A DNA stretch of 12,423 bases from Prevotellaceae bacterium (GTDB lineage Bacteria; Bacteroidota; Bacteroidia; Bacteroidales; UBA932). The position numbers and the translations under genes are program-made. The notes under the pieces are model-generated. The model was not told the DNA's origin, made no database searches, and worked only from the letters and a program-made list of their open reading frames with translations. Every line of letters starts with the position of its first letter. The stretch's first letter is position 1. Below, in pieces: positions 7,481-12,423 of the stretch. The stretch lies in the NCBI GenBank assembly GCA_031289385.1, contig JAITPP010000028.1:1-12423 (forward strand), given 5' to 3'.

Positions 7481-8260
7481 ATGTTAGATTTTGTTGATAA
7501 AAAATTTAATTCCAATAAAGCATCAAAATACAAGTTATCCATTCAAATATCTTTGGATGGATTTCTTTTTAGTATTTTCGATGCTAATGATATTTGTGTT
7601 GTTGCAAAAAAAATAAATGCAGACAACATCAATAACATATTTGCGTCCGAGCCATTATTAACTCAAAAATATTCGGCTGTTAATTGCATTGTTGTAACCC
7701 AAAAATCGACACTTGTACCCAACAATCTTTTTGATAAAAATAAATCGTCAGAATATCTTAAATTTGTTTGCAATATAAGCGACGAAAAAATATTTTCCCA
7801 AAAAATAAAGAAAATAGGAGCGCACTGCGTTTTTGCTATTGATAAAAATATTTACGAAACCGTAAAAAAATATCAACCGCAAACAGAATTTTATCATCAA
7901 AGTATTCCTCTAATTAACTCGGCTTTGGGCAGTTTCGGGAAGAATATTTTTGTTTTTTTCGATTCAAAAACCATAGATATAATAGCCAATAATAACGAAA
8001 AACTTTTATTGCAAAATTCGTATAAAACAGAAAATACAAGCGACGCAATATACTTTGTGGCAGCAGTAAAAGAGCAATTAGACATTGTGTTATACAATAT
8101 TTTTCTTTCGGGAAAAGCAGGTAAGCGCGAATTAGAAGACTTTTTAAACGTCTTTAAACAAGCAAAATTAGAAGAAAATAAAAATCAGACTTTTGCAGCA
8201 ATAGATATTAAAGATGTTTCGCAATTATTACTATTGGAAAAACTCAACAAATGCGTATAA
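7481..8260 (+). CDS. Conserved hypothetical protein, probably the Bacteroidetes DUF3822 family
   Basis: 259 aa. N-terminal KLSIQISLDGFLFSIF resembles, from memory, the conserved start of DUF3822 proteins (about 250-275 aa, Bacteroidetes-restricted, frequently encoded next to rsmD). Overlaps the downstream gene by 10 nt (ATGCGTATAA). Family call unverified. Confidence 0.72.
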   Translation: MLDFVDKKFNSNKASKYKLSIQISLDGFLFSIFDANDICVVAKKINADNINNIFASEPLLTQKYSAVNCIVVTQKSTLVPNNLFDKNKSSEYLKFVCNISDEKIFSQKIKKIGAHCVFAIDKNIYETVKKYQPQTEFYHQSIPLINSALGSFGKNIFVFFDSKTIDIIANNNEKLLLQNSYKTENTSDAIYFVAAVKEQLDIVLYNIFLSGKAGKRELEDFLNVFKQAKLEENKNQTFAAIDIKDVSQLLLLEKLNKCV

Positions 8261-8781
8261 TAAGCGGAAGCCATAAAGGACGAACAATTGTGCCGCCACG
8301 TAATTTTCGTGCGCGTCCAACAACCGATTTTGCAAAAGAAAATCTTTTTAATATTCTAAATAATACGATTGATATGGAAGAAAAAGACGTTCTCGATTTG
8401 TTTGCAGGAACAGGAAGTATAAGTTTTGAATTTGCGTCGCGCGGAGTAAAAAAAATAGATACAATAGAACTAAACAACGTACACTATACATTTATTAAAC
8501 AGACAGCCCGCAATTTTGGATTTGAACAAATTCATACAATAAAAACTAATGCCTTAAAATTCATTTCGTTTTGTTCGGCAACTTATGATATAATTTTTGC
8601 CGACCCACCATACGAAATGCCCGAAATTGATAAAATTCCAGACTTAATTTTCGAGCATAATTTATTGAACAATAACGGCTTATTGATTATAGAACATTCC
8701 GATAAATATAACTTCGGCACACATCCCCGATTTACCGACTGCCGACATTACGGAAGTGTAAATTTCACTTTTTTTAAATAA
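8251..8781 (+). CDS. rsmD: 16S rRNA (guanine966-N2)-methyltransferase RsmD
   Basis: 176 aa. SAM motif I DLFAGTGSISFE. Substrate-binding FADPPY (the D/NPPY motif of N2-G / N6-A methyltransferases). Size and N-terminal MRIISGSHKGR are typical of RsmD. Confidence 0.85.
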   Translation: MRIISGSHKGRTIVPPRNFRARPTTDFAKENLFNILNNTIDMEEKDVLDLFAGTGSISFEFASRGVKKIDTIELNNVHYTFIKQTARNFGFEQIHTIKTNALKFISFCSATYDIIFADPPYEMPEIDKIPDLIFEHNLLNNNGLLIIEHSDKYNFGTHPRFTDCRHYGSVNFTFFK

Positions 8782-8818
8782 TTTTCATTAAAAATATTGC
8801 AACATCAAAAAAAAGATG

Positions 8819-8826
8819 TACATTTG
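8819..8826 (+). promoter_or_regulatory. Candidate -7 box TACATTTG for tRNA-Asp
   Basis: Matches TAnnTTTG 17 nt before the tRNA 5' end. TTGC at 8797-8800 is a near-match -33 element 19 nt upstream. Confidence 0.4.
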
Positions 8827-8842
8827 CACCTCAAAATATTGA

Positions 8843-8917
8843 GGTGCGGTAGTTCAGCTTGGTTAGAATACGTGCCTGTCACGCACGGGGTCGCGGGTTC
8901 GAGTCCCGTCCGCACCG
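8843..8917 (+). tRNA. tRNA-Asp (anticodon GTC)
   Basis: Cloverleaf folded by hand. Acceptor GGTGCGG/CCGCACC. D-stem GTTC/GAAT. Anticodon stem CGTGC/GCACG with loop CTGTCAC (U33, anticodon GTC at 8878-8880, A37). Variable loop GGGTC. T-stem GCGGG/CCCGT with loop TTCGAGT. Discriminator G. CCA is not encoded (followed by CAA). Confidence 0.9.
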
Positions 8918-8973
8918 CAAAAAATGTTGTAAATCAATGTTTTGCAAAATGAGTACATGAATTTGTACATGAA

Positions 8974-9002
8974 AAGCGCCTTTTTTAAGGTGCTTTTATT
9001 TT
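8974..9002 (+). terminator. Rho-independent terminator after tRNA-Asp
   Basis: Stem AAGCGCCTT / AAGGTGCTT (9 bp, one G-U pair) with a 4-nt loop, followed by TTATTTT. Confidence 0.6.
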
Positions 9003-9116
9003 CTTATTAAATAAAACAATAAAAAACAGGCGGTGTTTAGATGGCTAATATTGTTTCTGATTTACACAAATTCTGAAACAATTTGATATAAAAATCCACT
9101 GAATTTATAATTTTAT

Positions 9117-10058
9117 CTACAACTGCACAACATACTGTTTAAGTTCAGGGTTTTGCATCGATTTTGGCACGGAATTGCAAATTATATCCAAAATGATTTT
9201 AAGCATCGTTTTTCGCACATATTCTTTACTTACTATCATGCTCACTTCGCGAACGGCGGTAAGGTTTTTAAATTCGCGCAGATTTCCCTGTCGCTCTTCG
9301 CTCAGTGCCATGGCGTGCATTTCGGGAATAATTGTCATGCCCGGATTGTAGTCCACAACATTTATCAGCGTTTCAATGCTGCCTGATTCGTATCGTATTG
9401 ACGATTTTTTTGATGTCGATTTTCGTTTGCGCGAGCATAAATGTTCTATTTGTCCGCGAAAACAATGTTCGTTTTCAAGCAGCCACACATTATTTATATC
9501 AATAGCCTCCAAATCAATTTTTTTGTTTTTGTGAGCCGAATCGTGAGGTGAAACATAAGCATAAAATTTTTCGTAATATACGGGATATTCAACAAGTTCG
9601 GGACGATTAAGAGGTCCTGCAAGTATTCCGCCATCTAATGTTCCGTTCGCAATTTCACGAATAAGATTGGCGGTTGTGCTTTCTTTCAGCGTAAGTTCAA
9701 TTTCGCTGTTTGCGGCAAAATGTTGATGCAGCAATTCGGGCACAAGATAAGTTGCAATAGTAGGAATAATGCCGAGCCTGAACACTCCTTTCACAATATT
9801 TTTCTCGTTTTCGACAACTTCTTTTATTTGTCGTAAATTTTTGAGCGTTATTCGGGCTTGCGCTATCACCTGTTCGCCTATGGCGGTTGGCTCTACCGGA
9901 TGTTTTGTTCTGTCGAAAATTTTAACATCCATTTCTTCTTCAAGTTTTTGAATCATCATACTCAATGTAGGTTGAGTAACGAAACAAGCCTCAGCCGCCT
10001 TGGCAAAATGTCTGAAATTGTCAACGGCTATAATGTATTCTAATTGTTGTATTCTCAT
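9117..10058 (-). CDS. oxyR: LysR-family peroxide sensor and transcriptional activator OxyR
   Basis: 313 aa. N-terminal wHTH MRIQQLEYIIAVDNFRHFAKAAEACFVTQPTLSMMIQKLEEE. Regulatory domain contains ENEHCFRGQIEHLCSRK, with two Cys nine residues apart, as in the E. coli OxyR C199/C208 redox switch. Divergent from ahpC. Confidence 0.9.
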   Translation of the reverse strand: MRIQQLEYIIAVDNFRHFAKAAEACFVTQPTLSMMIQKLEEEMDVKIFDRTKHPVEPTAIGEQVIAQARITLKNLRQIKEVVENEKNIVKGVFRLGIIPTIATYLVPELLHQHFAANSEIELTLKESTTANLIREIANGTLDGGILAGPLNRPELVEYPVYYEKFYAYVSPHDSAHKNKKIDLEAIDINNVWLLENEHCFRGQIEHLCSRKRKSTSKKSSIRYESGSIETLINVVDYNPGMTIIPEMHAMALSEERQGNLREFKNLTAVREVSMIVSKEYVRKTMLKIILDIICNSVPKSMQNPELKQYVVQL

Positions 10059-10078
10059 ATTTATAGATTTTATTTATG

Positions 10079-10086
10079 CAAAGATA
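10079..10086 (-). promoter_or_regulatory. Candidate -7 box (TATCTTTG on minus strand) for oxyR
   Basis: Plus strand reads CAAAGATA. Lies 21 nt upstream of the oxyR start codon at 10058. Confidence 0.35.
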
Positions 10087-10097
10087 AAAAATATCAG

Positions 10098-10129
10098 TTT
10101 GATTTATGTGAAATGAGTAAATAATTTTG
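10098..10129 (+). promoter_or_regulatory. Candidate ahpC promoter: -33 TTTG (10098-10101) plus -7 TAATTTTG (10122-10129)
   Basis: Both Bacteroides consensus elements are present with 20-nt spacing. Predicted TSS about 44 nt upstream of ATG 10180. Overlaps the oxyR promoter region, so it is a likely OxyR operator zone (repeated ATTTATG at about 10072 and 10103). Confidence 0.45.
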
Positions 10130-10179
10130 CACAAAATTAATTAAAAAATATTTATTTAAAAAACAAAAATTAAAAAGTC

Positions 10180-10746
10180 ATGGAAAGTATTATTAATTCA
10201 CAGTTGCCTGAATTTAAATTGCAGGCATATCAAAACGGAAGTTTTAAAACAGTAACAACAAAAGATGTATTGGGAAAATGGGCTATTTTCTTTTTTTACC
10301 CTGCCGATTTCACATTTGTGTGTCCAACCGAGTTGGAAGATATGGCAGATTTATATTCCAAATTTCAGGAATTGGGCGTTGAAATTTATTCGGTTAGCAC
10401 CGATTCACATTTTGTTCACAAAGCATGGCACGATGCTTCGGCAACAATACGCAAAATAAAATATCCGATGCTGGCAGATCACACAGGCTCGTTAAGTCGC
10501 TCATTCGGTGTACTTATCGAAGAAGAAGGACTTGCTTATCGCGGAACATTTGTTGTAAATCCGCAAGGTAAAATAAAAATTGCCGAAATACACGATAACG
10601 GTATCGGGCGCAACGCTTCGGAATTGCTTAGAAAAGTAGAAGCCGCAAAATTTGTTGATGAACATCCTAACGAAGTTTGCCCCGCCAAATGGAAAAAAGG
10701 CGATGCAACTCTTAAACCAAGTATCGATTTGGTAGGAAAAATATAA
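10180..10746 (+). CDS. ahpC: Alkyl hydroperoxide reductase subunit C (typical 2-Cys peroxiredoxin)
   Basis: 188 aa. Peroxidatic Cys in FFYPADFTFVCPTE. Resolving Cys in EVCPAKW near the C-terminus. Length and motifs are canonical AhpC. Confidence 0.93.
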   Translation: MESIINSQLPEFKLQAYQNGSFKTVTTKDVLGKWAIFFFYPADFTFVCPTELEDMADLYSKFQELGVEIYSVSTDSHFVHKAWHDASATIRKIKYPMLADHTGSLSRSFGVLIEEEGLAYRGTFVVNPQGKIKIAEIHDNGIGRNASELLRKVEAAKFVDEHPNEVCPAKWKKGDATLKPSIDLVGKI

Positions 10747-10757
10747 ATTATGAAAAT

Positions 10758-10839
10758 AAGAACGCTGACTGAACAATTCCTTGATTAAGTGTTTTATCAG
10801 AACAAAATATATAACCCTCCATGTTTCATCTGCGTTCTT
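10758..10839 (+). promoter_or_regulatory. Long-loop inverted repeat plus T-tract between ahpC and ahpF (possible attenuator or partial terminator)
   Basis: AAGAACGC (10758-10765) / GCGTTCTT (10832-10839) perfect 8-bp inverted repeat enclosing a 66-nt loop. Followed by TTTCTTTTTTTATT. No TAnnTTTG box before ahpF. Confidence 0.3.
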
Positions 10840-10861
10840 TTTCTTTTTTTATTATAATATT

Positions 10862-12406
10862 ATGTTAGACAATGATATAAAACAGCAATTACAAGGCATA
10901 TTTGCCAAATTGCAATCCCGATATGTGTTGGACGCAACAGTGCCCGAATTGCACGAAAACAGAAAAGAATTTGAAGATTTGCTTAATGATATTTCAGCAA
11001 CTTCCGACAATATTTCGTGTAAAATAAACAATGGAAAACAGTTGGAATTTTCATTGTTTAAAAATGGTAAAAATACAGGCATTAAATTTCGCGGAATCCC
11101 AAACGGACACGAATTTTCTTCGCTTATATTGGCAATACTCAACAGCGATGGACAGGGAAAAAATATTCCCGACGAAACATTAATAAACCGAGTGAAATCG
11201 CTGAAAGGTAAAATTAATATTACAACTTACGTATCGCTTACCTGCACTAATTGTCCGGATGTTGTTCAATCGTTAAATTTAATGGCTTTGCTCAACGATA
11301 ACATAACGCACGAAATGGTTGATGGCGCATTGTATCAAACCGAAGCGGATGCTTTGAATATACAGGCTGTGCCTTCTGTTTTTGCCAATGGGCGACTGCT
11401 GCACGCAGGTAAAGCCGATTTCGGCGAATTGCTCAAAAAACTTAACGCACAATACGGCTCTGAGATAAAAATAAATCAAAACGAAATAAAACAATATGAT
11501 GTAATTATTATTGGCGGAGGACCGTCGGGAACGGCTGCCGCTATTTATTCGGCACGCAAAGGATTGAAAGTAGCCGTAATCACCGAACGCACCGGCGGAC
11601 AAGTGAATGATACCGTAGGAATCGAAAATTTAATTTCTATGCCTTATACAACAGGTGCTCAGCTTGCATCGCAACTCAAAACTCACATACAACATTATGC
11701 CATTGATTTGCTTGAACATCGCCATGTTGAAAAAATAATGACAACAGATAACAAAAAAATAATTTTGACATCAAGTGGCGAAAAGTTTACAGCCGCATCA
11801 ATTATTATTGCAACAGGTGCAAATTGGCGAAAACTAAATATCCCCGGCGAAACAGAATATATCGGGCGCGGAGTTGCTTTTTGTCCGCATTGCGATGGAC
11901 CTTTTTACAAAGAAAAACAAGTTGCGGTTGTTGGCGGCGGCAATTCAGGAATTGAGGCTGCTATTGATCTTTCGGGAATTTGTTCAAAAGTAATTGTTAT
12001 CGAATATCTCGAAAATCTTAAAGCCGATACTGTTTTGCAGGAAAAAGCAAAAAGTCGTGAAAATTTGGAAATAATTACAAATACGCAAACTGCCGAAGTC
12101 ATCGGAAACGGCGAAAAAGTTACAGGTGTCCGAATAAAAAACCGCAATACAAACAACGAACAAATAATAAATGTAGATGGCATTTTTGTACAAATAGGTT
12201 TGGTTGCAAACAGCGGCAGTTTTAAGGAATATATAAAAACAAACCACGCAGGCGAAATAGAAATTGACGAACATTGCCGAACAAATCAAAAAGGCATTTA
12301 CGCTGCCGGCGATGTTACAAACATTCCATATAAACAAATTATGATTTCTATGGGCGAGGGTGCAAAAGCCGCATTAAGTGCTTTTGAAGATAATATGAGA
12401 AATTAA
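10862..12406 (+). CDS. ahpF: Alkyl hydroperoxide reductase subunit F (NADH-dependent peroxiredoxin reductase)
   Basis: Start placed at ATG 10862 ([17 protein letters not shown]..., 514 aa) rather than the ORF-track start at 10781. The 27 extra residues (MIKCFIRTKYITLHVSSAFFFFFYY) would come from the T-rich intergenic region. N-terminal thioredoxin-like domain with CTNCPD. FAD motif [15 protein letters not shown]. Redox-active CPHCDG. NAD(P) motif [12 protein letters not shown]. Confidence 0.9.
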   Translation: MLDNDIKQQLQGIFAKLQSRYVLDATVPELHENRKEFEDLLNDISATSDNISCKINNGKQLEFSLFKNGKNTGIKFRGIPNGHEFSSLILAILNSDGQGKNIPDETLINRVKSLKGKINITTYVSLTCTNCPDVVQSLNLMALLNDNITHEMVDGALYQTEADALNIQAVPSVFANGRLLHAGKADFGELLKKLNAQYGSEIKINQNEIKQYDVIIIGGGPSGTAAAIYSARKGLKVAVITERTGGQVNDTVGIENLISMPYTTGAQLASQLKTHIQHYAIDLLEHRHVEKIMTTDNKKIILTSSGEKFTAASIIIATGANWRKLNIPGETEYIGRGVAFCPHCDGPFYKEKQVAVVGGGNSGIEAAIDLSGICSKVIVIEYLENLKADTVLQEKAKSRENLEIITNTQTAEVIGNGEKVTGVRIKNRNTNNEQIINVDGIFVQIGLVANSGSFKEYIKTNHAGEIEIDEHCRTNQKGIYAAGDVTNIPYKQIMISMGEGAKAALSAFEDNMRN

Positions 12407-12423
12407 TGTGAAAATAGTGGTTA

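Noticed and set aside
8940-8949. 10-bp perfect palindrome TTTTGCAAAA, plus repeated TGTACAT words flanking the tRNA gene.
   Set aside because: Short AT-rich palindromes are expected by chance at this composition. One TGTACAT is simply part of the TAcaTTTG promoter box. No extended symmetry or flanking direct repeats that would indicate an att site.
9153-10043. Plus-strand ORFs 9153..9386, 9769..9951 and 9858..10043 antisense to oxyR.
   Set aside because: They are nested inside the oxyR CDS, which has a clear LysR HTH and redox-Cys motifs. No independent support.
10265-11602. ORFs overlapping ahpC and ahpF in other frames or on the other strand (10265..10459, 10501..10776, 10852..11142, 11279..11602, 11905..12183, 11984..12337).
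   Set aside because: The ahpC and ahpF frames carry canonical peroxiredoxin / flavoprotein disulfide reductase motifs. The overlapping frames do not.

Overview
This is an AT-rich chromosomal window that looks like Bacteroidota, probably Bacteroidales. Nearly every transcription unit is preceded by a TAnnTTTG motif, the Bacteroidetes sigma-AB '-7' box, 20-60 nt before the start codon, and no Shine-Dalgarno sequences are evident.

Gene content, left to right:
- A lipoprotein-type S9A prolyl oligopeptidase (+).
- A convergent terminator zone.
- On the minus strand, a flotillin/SPFH gene preceded by an NfeD/YqiJ-like membrane gene (the classic NfeD-flotillin pair), then a RecD/Dda-like SF1 helicase.
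- A translationally coupled three-gene plus-strand operon: membrane-anchored hypothetical, DUF3822-like hypothetical, and RsmD 16S rRNA m2G966 methyltransferase.
- A self-contained tRNA-Asp(GTC) unit with its own promoter-like box and terminator.
- A divergent oxyR <-> ahpC-ahpF peroxide-stress locus.

I see no integrase, transposase, CRISPR array or recognisable toxin, restriction or defence domains. The window reads as core housekeeping and stress territory rather than an accessory island.

The items I would look at again are:
- the 17-bp tandem repeat array abutting the peptidase promoter;
- the uncharacterised pair of proteins translationally coupled to rsmD;
- the helicase > NfeD > flotillin co-oriented arrangement and the repeat-rich promoter region between them;
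- the long-loop inverted repeat plus T-tract between ahpC and ahpF;
- the three-hairpin convergent terminator region containing a 40-codon ORF.

All protein family calls are from motif recognition by eye (Walker A, catalytic Ser/His, CxxC, OxyR Cys pair). No database search was run.
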